DNA from: an uncultured Rhodospirillaceae bacterium
GTDB taxonomy: Bacteria; Pseudomonadota; Alphaproteobacteria; Dongiales; Dongiaceae
DNA length: 41,370 nucleotides
Reading direction: 5' to 3'
NCBI GenBank assembly: GCA_964406155.1
Contig: CAYOQR010000044.1
Location: 1 to 41,370, forward strand
In this document: piece after piece, positions 19,543 through 28,182 of the stretch
Layout: every line of letters begins with the position of its first letter
Position numbering within the stretch: the first letter of the stretch is position 1
Position numbers and translations under genes: made by a program
The notes under the pieces: model-generated
What the model was told of the DNA's origin: nothing
The model's input: the letters and a program-made list of their open reading frames with translations, nothing else
Database searches by the model: none

Positions 19543-20511
19543 ATGCGGGCAGCTCAGTTCAAGGAATTCGGCACAGCCGACAAGTTGCACATGGTCGAGA
19601 TCGATATTCCGGTGCCGGGTCCCGGCCTGGCGCTGGTCCGGGTCGAGGCGGCTTCGATCAATCCCAGCGACGTGAAAAACGTCGCCGGCGCGATGCACCA
19701 GACCACTTTGCCCCGCATACCCGGCCGCGATTATGCCGGTGTGGTGGAGCAGGGGCCGGCGGGCTGGATCGGCGCCGAGGTTTGGGGCACCGGCGGCGAT
19801 GTCGGTTTCACCCGGGACGGCACCCACGCCCAGTACATTGTCGTGCCGGCAGACAGTCTGCGGCGTAAGCCGGCCGGCCTCAATTTCACCGAGGCCGCTT
19901 CGGTCGGAGTCAACTTCATGGCTGCCTGGTGCGGGATCACCGAAGCAAAGCTGCAAGCCGGCGAGACCCTGGTCATCATCGGTGCCGGCGGCGGTGTCGG
20001 CGGTGCGGCGGCGCAGATCGCCAAGCGTCTCGGTGCACGGATCGTCGGTGTCGATCGTCGTGCGCCGCGTCCGGATGCGTCGATCCATCGCCTCGCAGAG
20101 CGGATGATCATTGGCACCGACGACTTGCCGGCGGCTATTCGGGCGGCAACCGAAGGCCGCGGTGGCGATGTGGTGTTCGATACGGTCGGTGGCGTCATGT
20201 TCCGGTCGGCAGCGGCCAGCCTCGCTTTACGCGGTCGGCTGATTGAAATCGCCGCGACGGGCCAGCGCGAAGTGAGCTTCGATCTTGCGGATTTTTATCA
20301 CAATGAGAGCCGGCTGCTGGGTGTCGATACCTTGAAGCGTGACCTGGCCGCGTCGGCCCGCATTCTCGACGCGCTCACACCGGGCTTCGACGCCGGCGAC
20401 TACCGGCCGGCGCCGATTGCCGAGATTTTGCCGCTCGCCCGGCTGCGTGAGGGATATGCGAAGGTGGCGGCCGGTGCTGGTGGCCGCGTTGTCCTTGCGC
20501 CGCAGGCCTGA
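19543..20511 (+). CDS. zinc-binding alcohol dehydrogenase / NADPH:quinone oxidoreductase family (MDR)
   Basis: The MDR fold: PGRDYAGVV, LVIIGAGGGVGGAAAQIAKRLGARIVGV. Confidence 0.8.
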   Translation: MRAAQFKEFGTADKLHMVEIDIPVPGPGLALVRVEAASINPSDVKNVAGAMHQTTLPRIPGRDYAGVVEQGPAGWIGAEVWGTGGDVGFTRDGTHAQYIVVPADSLRRKPAGLNFTEAASVGVNFMAAWCGITEAKLQAGETLVIIGAGGGVGGAAAQIAKRLGARIVGVDRRAPRPDASIHRLAERMIIGTDDLPAAIRAATEGRGGDVVFDTVGGVMFRSAAASLALRGRLIEIAATGQREVSFDLADFYHNESRLLGVDTLKRDLAASARILDALTPGFDAGDYRPAPIAEILPLARLREGYAKVAAGAGGRVVLAPQA

Positions 20512-20521
20512 GGAGGTGGAA

Positions 20522-20791
20522 ATGCCCTTTCTGGTCTCGCTGCTGATGGGACTGCTGGTCGGTGGCGCATACGGATTGACCGGCGTCAAATCGCCAGCAC
20601 CGCCGCTGATCGCGCTCCTGGGACTGCTCGGCATGGTGCTGGGCGAACAAGCCATTGTGGCAGCCCGGGCGCATTTCGCCGCGCCGTCTCCGCAGCAAAC
20701 CGGGTCGGCGCAGCCGTCGGGCTCGGCATCACAGAACGGATCGGATCAAGAGGATATGGCCAGCCGTGCCGATCCGTCCCGATCGTCGTAA
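20522..20791 (+). CDS. XapX-like (DUF1427) small membrane protein with Ser/Gln-rich tail
   Basis: GAGGAGGTGG RBS 10 nt after the oxidoreductase stop. MPFLVSLLMGLLVGGAYGLTGVKSPAPPLIALLGLLGMVLGEQ resembles the XapX domain. Confidence 0.55.
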   Translation: MPFLVSLLMGLLVGGAYGLTGVKSPAPPLIALLGLLGMVLGEQAIVAARAHFAAPSPQQTGSAQPSGSASQNGSDQEDMASRADPSRSS

Positions 20792-20884
20792 TGGGTTTCG
20801 CGGCCCAAGCCGATGGCCGTGCAAACCTTTCACCGCTTCGTGATTCGCCGCCTTCCGCTGCCGGGGGCTACCTTGCCGCCTATC

Positions 20885-21763
20885 ATGGGGCTTCGTACGA
20901 TCATTCTGGCATCGATCCTGATGGCGGCCGCGTTCGGCATCGCCAATGCCCAGGATGTATCCGGCGGCCATGCGAACGGCGTCTCTGGCGAGGCCTTGGT
21001 GTCGCCGGCGCCGAGCGCTGCCGATGCGGCGGCCACGGCCCCGGCTCCGGGCAATGCGGGCGCCGTGACCATGACGCCGATCGCGGCGCTGACCACGGCG
21101 ACGCCGGTGGTGGTCGAGCTGTTCACCTCGGAAGGCTGCGCCTCCTGTACGCCGGCCGATGCCAATCTCGGTTCCCTGACACATGAGCGGAGCGTCCTGC
21201 CGCTCTCCTATCATGTGGATTACTGGGACTATATCGGCTGGCGCGATCGCCATGCCGATCCCGCTTTCACCGCCCGCCAGCATGGTTATGTGGACGCGCT
21301 CGGCCACAGCATGGTCTATACGCCGCAGATGATCGTCGCCGGCAGCGCGGATTCCCTCGGCACCGACGTGGAAAGCGTGAAGATCGCCGTCGATAATCGG
21401 CGGCAAACCGCAGAGATGACGCCGATCCGGTTCCTGCGCGATCCCGCCGGCAATGTCGTGCTGGATCTGCCGGCAACCACCCTGCCGACCCCGGCGACCG
21501 TCTGGCTGGTGACCTATCGCCGCAAAATCGAAACCGCGGTACAGGCGGGTGAGAATGCCGGCAAGCGCCTGGTGTCCTATAATGTGGTCCAGTCGCTGAA
21601 GAAACTCGGCACCTGGACAGGGGCCGCCAGCTCCCTGCTGGTCGATCTCGATCCGCCGCCGGCCGGCGATCCGCCGCCGGACGGTGTCGCCGTGATCGCC
21701 AATCTCAAGGAATACGGGCCGGTCGTGGCGGCCACCGCCGTGGCCTTCAAGGACATCAAGTAG
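20885..21763 (+). CDS. DUF1223 thioredoxin-like secreted protein
   Basis: Signal peptide MGLRTIILASILMAAAFGIANA, then VELFTSEGCASCTPAD...LSYHVDYWDYIGWRD. An alternative upstream ATG at 20813 adds 24 non-signal residues. Confidence 0.65.
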   Translation: MGLRTIILASILMAAAFGIANAQDVSGGHANGVSGEALVSPAPSAADAAATAPAPGNAGAVTMTPIAALTTATPVVVELFTSEGCASCTPADANLGSLTHERSVLPLSYHVDYWDYIGWRDRHADPAFTARQHGYVDALGHSMVYTPQMIVAGSADSLGTDVESVKIAVDNRRQTAEMTPIRFLRDPAGNVVLDLPATTLPTPATVWLVTYRRKIETAVQAGENAGKRLVSYNVVQSLKKLGTWTGAASSLLVDLDPPPAGDPPPDGVAVIANLKEYGPVVAATAVAFKDIK

Positions 21764-21873
21764 GAAGCCACGCGGTCGGCGCAAAGCTGCAACCTCAGGT
21801 GAAGCGGCGGGGTGAAACGGCTGGCCTGAAGCGGCTTCCCTTGGGCGCGGTCAGGCACTAAGGTGCCGCCATC

Positions 21874-22839
21874 ATGAGCCAAGTTCCCTTCGTTACCGCC
21901 GCCGAGGTCGAGCGCCTGCTCGACTATCCCGCCCTCGTCGAAGCCCTGCGCCGCGGTTTCGCGCAAGACTGGACCGTGCCCGTGCGCCATCACTACGGCA
22001 TCCCTATGCCGGATGGCGAGCCGGAACAGACCTTGCTGCTGATGCCGGCCTGGGAGGCGGGCCAGGCGATCGGCATGAAGATGGTGACGGTGACGCCGGG
22101 CAATGGCGCCCGCCATCTGCCGGCGGTCCAGGGTGTCTATCTGATGCTGGACGGCGCGACCGGCGCGCCCAGCGCTTTGATCGACGGTCCGTCCCTGACG
22201 GCGCGCCGCACCGCGGCGGCCTCGGCCCTGGCGGCGGATTATCTCGCCCGCATCGATGCCCATCGCATGCTGATGGTCGGTGCCGGCGCCCTGTCGGTGC
22301 CGCTGGTCGAGGCGCATCGCGCGATGCGGCCGATCCGCGAGGTACGGCTCTGGGCCCGCGATCCCCATAAGGCGGCGGCGAAGGTCGCCGAATTGGTCGC
22401 GCTCGGCATCGCCGCCGACGTGACGGAGGATCTGGAACAGGCGGCGCGCGAGGCCGACCTCATTTCCTGCGCGACCCTTTCGACCGTGCCGCTGATCCAT
22501 GGCGCCTGGCTGAAGCCCGGTTCACATCTCGACCTGATCGGCGCCTTCACGCCGCAGATGCGCGAAAGCGACGATGCCGCCGTGGGCCGCGCCAGCCTGT
22601 TCGTCGATACCCGCGAGGGCGCCCTGAAAGAAGGCGGCGATCTCGTCCAGCCGCTGAAGGCCGGGTTGATCACCGAAGCGGCAATCAAGGGGGATCTCTT
22701 CGATCTTACCCGCAAGCGCCATCGCGGCCGGGTCACCAATGACGAGGTCACCCTGTTCAAATCGGTCGGCACCGCGCTCGAAGACTTTGCCGCCGCCAAG
22801 CTCGTGGTGCAGCGTCTGCAGGCCGGTCGCAAGGCCTAA
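21874..22839 (+). CDS. ornithine cyclodeaminase / mu-crystallin family protein
   Basis: The OCD_Mu_crystall Rossmann region MLMVGAGALSVPLVEAH...EVRLWARD. Confidence 0.8.
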   Translation: MSQVPFVTAAEVERLLDYPALVEALRRGFAQDWTVPVRHHYGIPMPDGEPEQTLLLMPAWEAGQAIGMKMVTVTPGNGARHLPAVQGVYLMLDGATGAPSALIDGPSLTARRTAAASALAADYLARIDAHRMLMVGAGALSVPLVEAHRAMRPIREVRLWARDPHKAAAKVAELVALGIAADVTEDLEQAAREADLISCATLSTVPLIHGAWLKPGSHLDLIGAFTPQMRESDDAAVGRASLFVDTREGALKEGGDLVQPLKAGLITEAAIKGDLFDLTRKRHRGRVTNDEVTLFKSVGTALEDFAAAKLVVQRLQAGRKA

Positions 22840-22938
22840 GTCCGTCAGCTAACTTTCACGTCCACTGGTTGTCCGGGGACGTGCTTGCATAATTCCAGAT
22901 TGTGATTCTATTCTTCCCCGAAAGTTGGGGGAGAATTC

Positions 22939-23289
22939 ATGAGTCGCATTTCCTTCGTGGCCCTTGCGGTCGCGGCTGCGTTCCTTTGCGGTTGTACTGC
23001 TTCCAGCGACCTCGACCCGCCGGCCGGGCAAAAGGCCAAGATCAGCCACGAGGCCATGGCCTATTTCAAGGATTCGTACCAGGCCAATATCGGCTCCGTT
23101 CATCTCGGTGCATTTGCCGTATCGGTTTCCGGCCACAATGCCAGCTATGCCTACTGCCCGCATTTCCGCTGCAAAAGCGGATACGCATACGGCCAGCAGG
23201 CAATCGCACGCTGCGAGTCCTTCGGCGAGCGATGCTATCTCTTTGCGATCGGTAACGAGATCGAGGTCGACTACGAGGTCGTCGACTGA
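22939..23289 (+). CDS. DUF4189-like lipoprotein, copy 1
   Basis: Lipobox ...AAAFLCGC. LDPPAGQKAKI...GAFAVSVSG...YAYC...CKSGYAYGQQAIARCESFGERCYLFA: four conserved Cys in a DUF4189-type pattern. GC is about 57%. Confidence 0.55.
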   Translation: MSRISFVALAVAAAFLCGCTASSDLDPPAGQKAKISHEAMAYFKDSYQANIGSVHLGAFAVSVSGHNASYAYCPHFRCKSGYAYGQQAIARCESFGERCYLFAIGNEIEVDYEVVD

Positions 23290-23368
23290 ACGGTCGACGG
23301 GATAAGGGAATAGGGGGACACATCCTCCGCATTCAGATTGTGGCATTGGCTCGCTATTGGGGGACTTC

Positions 23369-23719
23369 ATGAGACATGTCGTTCTGATGACTGCACTTGC
23401 TGTCGCGATCACGCTCAGCGGCTGTGCCGATACACGGCCGCTCGACCCGCCGGCCGGACAGAAGGCCAAGATCACCAGCGAGTCGATGGACTTCTTCAAG
23501 AACTCCTACCTGCCGCAAATCGGATCGACCCATCCCGGTGCCTTCGCCGTGTCGCTGTCGGGGCTGTACTCCGCCTATAGCTACTGCCAGGACATCATGT
23601 GCAAAAGCGGCGGGTCCTATGCGCAGGATGCGATCAAGCTGTGCGAAAGGGACGGCGAGCAATGCTATCTCTTCGCCGCCGGCAGAGAGATACGCGTCGC
23701 GTACGACGTCGTCGAGTGA
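23369..23719 (+). CDS. DUF4189-like lipoprotein, copy 2 (tandem paralog)
   Basis: MRHVVLMTALAVAITLSGCAD...LDPPAGQKAKI...GAFAVSLSG...YSYC...CKSGGSYAQDAIKLCERDGEQCYLFA is roughly 55% identical to copy 1. The track start at 23357 is TTG. Confidence 0.55.
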   Translation: MRHVVLMTALAVAITLSGCADTRPLDPPAGQKAKITSESMDFFKNSYLPQIGSTHPGAFAVSLSGLYSAYSYCQDIMCKSGGSYAQDAIKLCERDGEQCYLFAAGREIRVAYDVVE

Positions 23720-23740
23720 CGGCTGGCGGGCATTCCGGTT

Positions 23741-24613
23741 TCAGGCAGTCATCCGCCGGGTCCGCGCGACGTCGATGAAGGCGGCGACCAGCCGGTGCTT
23801 GCGCTGGCTGGTGAGGCAGATGACGGCGTCGGTATTGGTCGCCGCCATATCGGCAAGCCTCACGGCGACGGTGCGGTCATCCCCGGCGCTTTCGCGCTCG
23901 AACAGGAAACCGATGCCAAGGCCCAGCGCCACCGCTTCGCGCATGGCCTCGCGGCTGCCAAGCTCGAGGGCGACCGGCAGCTTCACCTTGGCGCGGCGCA
24001 ATGCCTGGTCGACGACGCGCTGGGTGTTGGACCCGATCTCGCGGCGGATCATGTTCTGGCCGGCGAGATCGGCGAGATACAGGTTGCGCCGCTTGCTCAA
24101 TGCATGACCACGCGGCAGCAGCACCATCATATCCTGTTCGGCGATCGGCACGACGGTGAGGCGCGCATCCGGCGTAGGATTGCCGAGAATGGCGGCATCC
24201 ACCCGGTAGTCGAGGACGTCCTGCCAGACCTGGCGCTGGCTGCCGAGCGAGACGGCAAGCCCGATGCCGGGATACCGGCGGCGGAAGGCCGAGATCACCT
24301 CCAGCGCCACATGCGGGCCATCGGCGGCGATGCGGAGCTCTCCCTGTTCCAGCGCATTGGCGGCACTGATGAAATCCTCCACCTCATCCTCGACGGCGAA
24401 CATCCGCCGGGTCAGCGCGAACAGGGTTTCGGCCGCGCCGGTCAGGGCGACCTCGCGGCCGGTGCGGTCGAACAAGGCCTGGCCGCAGGCCGTCTCAAGC
24501 TGGCGCACCTGCATGGTGACGGCGGGCTGGGTCAGGCCCAGCAGGGCCGCCGCCTTGGAAAAGCTGCGCTCCCGGGCGACGGCATCGAAGGCGCGCAATT
24601 GGAAATACCGCAT
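23741..24613 (-). CDS. LysR-family transcriptional regulator
   Basis: MRYFQLRAFDAVARERSFSKAAALLGLTQPAVTMQVRQLE... It is divergent from the cupin gene. ATAAAT-N13-ATTTAT and TCAATTTGATTTGA lie in the spacer 24614-24726. Confidence 0.8.
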   Translation of the reverse strand: MRYFQLRAFDAVARERSFSKAAALLGLTQPAVTMQVRQLETACGQALFDRTGREVALTGAAETLFALTRRMFAVEDEVEDFISAANALEQGELRIAADGPHVALEVISAFRRRYPGIGLAVSLGSQRQVWQDVLDYRVDAAILGNPTPDARLTVVPIAEQDMMVLLPRGHALSKRRNLYLADLAGQNMIRREIGSNTQRVVDQALRRAKVKLPVALELGSREAMREAVALGLGIGFLFERESAGDDRTVAVRLADMAATNTDAVICLTSQRKHRLVAAFIDVARTRRMTA

Positions 24614-24726
24614 GCTTGAATCCCGATTAGTATAAATCTGACTGTCAAAAATTTATCCTAGCATCAATTTGATTTGAAGCATGCCAGGCCGCATCCTGGG
24701 GCAACCGATCCGACCAAGGAGCTGTC

Positions 24727-25383
24727 ATGTCCGTGATCTTCCGCCCCGAGACCGCCGCCCATATGCCGGTCCATCACGTGCCGCTGATCCGGGCGACGCC
24801 CGAAAGCCTCGCGGGCTACGGGGCGATCGTCGAGGATTACCGCAGCTTTCCCCTGGAGATCGTCACCTGGCCGGCGCCGGGCTGGCGTCCGGTCGATGCC
24901 GGTACCGGCAATGAGGGCGGCACGACCGAAGGCGTGTTCGATTGCTGGTGGTCGGGCGATGTGCTCCATGGCCGCAACAACGCGGTGCAGGGAACGGCGG
25001 TCAATCACTACCTCCTGGGCTGGTGCCGGCAGCCGGACGAAGCGTCCGAAGAGGTTGCGACCGTCGCCCGCGATCAGGTCCTGCTCTGGCACGCCAACTA
25101 CCATCCCGATGGCGGCCAGTTCTTCTATCCCTTGGACGGCCAGCCCTTCGTCGTGCCGGTGGCGCGGCCGGGCGACGATGTGAAGCCGGCGGATTTCGTG
25201 GCCTTCCACAGCGACGGCAGTTTCGGCATCTATATCCATCCCGGCATCTGGCATGAAGGTGTCTTCACCGCCAGCGACAGGGCGCAGTTCTTCGACAAGC
25301 AGGGCAAGGTCCATGCCCGCATCAGCTGCGATTTCGTCAAGGAATTCGGCTGCTATCTGTCGGTGCCGCTGCGTCTCTCCTGA
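24727..25383 (+). CDS. ureidoglycolate lyase (AllA)-like cupin protein
   Basis: LAGYGAIVED...YHPDGGQFFYP...GIYIHPGIWHEGVF resembles the AllA ERHP/..WHH motifs. Confidence 0.45.
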   Translation: MSVIFRPETAAHMPVHHVPLIRATPESLAGYGAIVEDYRSFPLEIVTWPAPGWRPVDAGTGNEGGTTEGVFDCWWSGDVLHGRNNAVQGTAVNHYLLGWCRQPDEASEEVATVARDQVLLWHANYHPDGGQFFYPLDGQPFVVPVARPGDDVKPADFVAFHSDGSFGIYIHPGIWHEGVFTASDRAQFFDKQGKVHARISCDFVKEFGCYLSVPLRLS

Positions 25384-26000
25384 ACCGGGTTCGACGGCAT
25401 CGTCGTCGCGGCGATCCATGCGCGCATCCGGGCGACGGGATCGGGATGCAGCAGGATATCGGTGACGACCGCCGCGCTGTCGGCGCCGGCCTCCAGGACT
25501 TCCCGCGCGCGGTCCGGCGTCAGGCCGCCGATGGCGACCAGGGGTATGCTGCCGATACGCTGCCGCCATTCCCGCAGCCGGGGGATGCCCTGCTGGGTCC
25601 AGCGCATCTTCTTGAGCCGGGTGGGGAAGATCGGTCCCAGGGCGACGTAATCCGGCCGCAGAACCAAAGCGCGGTCCAGTTCGTCATCGTCATGGGTGCT
25701 GATGCCAAGGCGCAGCCCAGCCGCATGAATGGCGGCGGTGTCGGCGGTGTCGAGGTCCTCCTGGCCGAGATGCACGAAATCGCAGCCGAGATCGATCGCC
25801 ACCTGCCAATAATCGTTGACGATGAGCTGTGCGCCGGCCGCCGTGCAAAGCCGTTTCGCCGCTGCGATCTGCCGGCGGATCTCGTTTTCGGGCTGGTTCT
25901 TGACGCGCAACTGCACAAGCCTCAAGCCGTGGGGCAGCAATCGCTCGATCCAGTGCACATCGTCGACGATGAGATAGAAACGCTCGAGCATGAGGATCAC
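25353..26000 (-). CDS. thiE: thiamine-phosphate synthase
   Basis: [28 protein letters not shown]...[12 protein letters not shown]...VALGPIFPT...AIGGL. Confidence 0.9.
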   Translation of the reverse strand: MILMLERFYLIVDDVHWIERLLPHGLRLVQLRVKNQPENEIRRQIAAAKRLCTAAGAQLIVNDYWQVAIDLGCDFVHLGQEDLDTADTAAIHAAGLRLGISTHDDDELDRALVLRPDYVALGPIFPTRLKKMRWTQQGIPRLREWRQRIGSIPLVAIGGLTPDRAREVLEAGADSAAVVTDILLHPDPVARMRAWIAATTMPSNPVQERRSGTDR

Positions 26001-26782
26001 GCCCGGAAGGCCGTGCCGAGGACCGGCGTCGAGGGTGTCGCCATATCGCGCGGCTCGATCGGCTCGGCGAGAAAGCCGAGGCGCCCGGCTTCGACGGCGT
26101 GACGAAAGGCCTGGGCCATCCCGACGGGATCGCCGGCCTTGGCGACGGCGGTATTGAGGAGCACCGCGTCATAGCCCATCTCCAGGGCGGCCGCGGCATG
26201 GGTGGGGCGGCCGATGCCGGCATCGACGATCAGCGGGATATCGGGGAAATGCGCTCGCAATGTGCGCAACGCAAAGACATTGTTGAGGCCGCGGCCCGAG
26301 CCGATGGGTGCCCCCCAGGGCATCAGAACCTCGCAGCCGGCATCGACCAGGCGGCCGGCGGCGACCAGATCCTCGGTCGTATAGGGAAAGACCTTGAAGC
26401 CGTCGGCGCAGAGGAGGCGGGCCGCCTCGACCAGGGCGAAGAGATCCGGCTGCAGCGTGTCCTGCTCGCCGATCACCTCCAGCTTGATCCAGTCGGTCTC
26501 GAAGACCTCACGCGCCATCTGCGCCGTCGTCACGGCCTCCTGCACGCTGTGGCAGCCGGCGGTGTTCGGCAGCACGCGCAGGCCGAGATCGCGGATGATC
26601 GACCAGAAGGCCTGGCCGGCCCGCGCGGTACCGGATTCGCGGCGCAGCGAGACGGTGATGATCTCGGCGCCGGAAACGCGGATCGCCTCGGTCATGATGG
26701 CGGGCGAGGGATATTGCGATGTCCCCAGCAGCAGGCGAGAGGCGAGGTCGACGCCGTAGAAGGTCAATGCTTGATCTTTCAT
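25997..26782 (-). CDS. thiG: thiazole synthase
   Basis: [27 protein letters not shown]...[14 protein letters not shown]...VFPYTTEDL...[12 protein letters not shown]. The ATG at 26782 is my reading; the 26812 start is an in-frame extension. Confidence 0.9.
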   Translation of the reverse strand: MKDQALTFYGVDLASRLLLGTSQYPSPAIMTEAIRVSGAEIITVSLRRESGTARAGQAFWSIIRDLGLRVLPNTAGCHSVQEAVTTAQMAREVFETDWIKLEVIGEQDTLQPDLFALVEAARLLCADGFKVFPYTTEDLVAAGRLVDAGCEVLMPWGAPIGSGRGLNNVFALRTLRAHFPDIPLIVDAGIGRPTHAAAALEMGYDAVLLNTAVAKAGDPVGMAQAFRHAVEAGRLGFLAEPIEPRDMATPSTPVLGTAFRA

Positions 26783-26783
26783 G

Positions 26784-26984
26784 TCAACCTCCCTGCATCG
26801 GTGCGACCACATCCAGCATGTCGCCGTCTTTCAGGCGGGCTTCGCCGCGCCGCTTCATGGGAATGAAGAGGCCGTTGATCGCCGTGGCGATCCTTGCCTG
26901 GTTGTAACCGAGCTCCTCCAACGCACCGGCCAGAAGCGGTGCGGCAACCTCGCGGCTCTCACCATTGACGATGATCTTCATCCA
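26784..26984 (-). CDS. thiS: sulfur carrier protein ThiS
   Basis: [26 protein letters not shown]...[12 protein letters not shown] is 66 aa ending in GG. The 136-aa track ORF is an upstream extension into thiO. Confidence 0.85.
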   Translation of the reverse strand, partial: WMKIIVNGESREVAAPLLAGALEELGYNQARIATAINGLFIPMKRRGEARLKDGDMLDVVAPMQGG

Positions 26985-27960
26985 TGACCTCCGGATAAAA
27001 GGCGTTGTCGAGCATGACGGCGGCGGCGCGGGCGGCCAAAGCCGGCGCCAGCAGGAAACCGTGGCGATAAAGGCCGTTGACGCTGAGGGTTGCGCCCTGC
27101 CGGCGCAGGCGCGGCAGATTGTCGGGCAGGGAGGGCCGCAGATCGCAGCCGATCTCCACGATCTCCGCCTGGGCGAAGGCGGGATGCAGGGCATAGGCGC
27201 CGTTCAGCAGATCGACCAGGGATTGCGCCGTGACGCGGCGGTCCTCGCTTTCGATCATGGTGGCGCCGATCATGTAGAGGCCGTCGCCGCGCGGCACGAT
27301 ATAGAGCGGGATGCGGGGATGCAGCAGGCGTATGGGGCGGGAGAGTGCGATCTCCGGTGCCCGCACCAGCAGCATCTCGCCCTTCACGCCGCGCAGCGCC
27401 GTCATCCGGTCGCGCGCCGCCAGGCCCCGGCAATCGACGAAGATATCCGCCTCGGCTTCTTGTCCCAGTGCATCCGTGCCGAGATGGATCGTGACACCCG
27501 AGACCTCCAGATTTTGCGCCAAAGCGGGCAAAGCGCGGCGCGGATCGAGATGCGCCTCTTCGGCGAAGAAGAGGCCCTTGCGGAAGCGGCCGGCGAGGGC
27601 CGGTTCCAACGCGGCGAGACGGTCGCCATCTATCCACTCATAGTGATGGGTGCGCTTCGCAAACCGGTCGAGCTCGGGCAGATCGCGCCCCTGGGCCAGG
27701 ACCAGGCTGCCGCATTGCCGGGTCTCGGGATGATGGGCCTGCCAATAGGAAATCGCCTCGGCACCCAATGCGGCCACGACGGGTTCGGCGCTTTCCAGTT
27801 CGCACCAGGGCGCCAGCATGCCGCCGGCAAAGCGCGAACAGGCCGACGCGCCGAGCATTTCGGCGCGTTCATAGATCTCGACCCGGCAGTGCCGTTCGGC
27901 GAAAGCAAGGGCGCAGGTCAGGCCGGCAATACCGGCTCCGGCGATGACGACGCGCGTCAC
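26959..27960 (-). CDS. thiO: glycine oxidase ThiO (FAD-dependent)
   Basis: VVIAGAGIAGLTCALAFAERH... DAO family. It begins with a GTG start and its 3' end overlaps thiS by 26 nt. Confidence 0.85.
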   Translation of the reverse strand: MTRVVIAGAGIAGLTCALAFAERHCRVEIYERAEMLGASACSRFAGGMLAPWCELESAEPVVAALGAEAISYWQAHHPETRQCGSLVLAQGRDLPELDRFAKRTHHYEWIDGDRLAALEPALAGRFRKGLFFAEEAHLDPRRALPALAQNLEVSGVTIHLGTDALGQEAEADIFVDCRGLAARDRMTALRGVKGEMLLVRAPEIALSRPIRLLHPRIPLYIVPRGDGLYMIGATMIESEDRRVTAQSLVDLLNGAYALHPAFAQAEIVEIGCDLRPSLPDNLPRLRRQGATLSVNGLYRHGFLLAPALAARAAAVMLDNAFYPEVMDEDHRQW

Positions 27961-28032
27961 CGGCCGACCCGCGACTGAGAGCGGACGGACTGCTGGATCG
28001 AAAAGAATGTAGCTGTGCCGGCGATGTTCATG

Positions 28033-28131
28033 ACGCTCCCTTCGCCAGTGTGAACTGGATCAGGTTCAAAGGGTCGTCATGCTGCGCATATCGGCGCGTA
28101 ATGACCTCTCAGCCCCTCGGCGGGACTCCCC
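28033..28131 (-). ncRNA. TPP (THI-box) riboswitch in the thiOSGE leader
   Basis: The minus-strand read cgccgaGGGGCTGAGAGGtcattacgcgccgatatgcgcagcatgacgACCCTTTGAACCTGATCCAGTTCACACTGGCGAAGGGAg carries the conserved GGGG...CTGAGA and ACCCTTTGAACCTGATC...GGCGAAGGGA blocks. A candidate -35 TTGACG (28172-28167) and -10 TAGCTT (28149-28144) lie upstream. Confidence 0.85.
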
Positions 28132-28182
28132 TGGAACGACGGAAAGCTACAGTCAGCCTTCCGCCGCGTCAATCGCTGTGGG

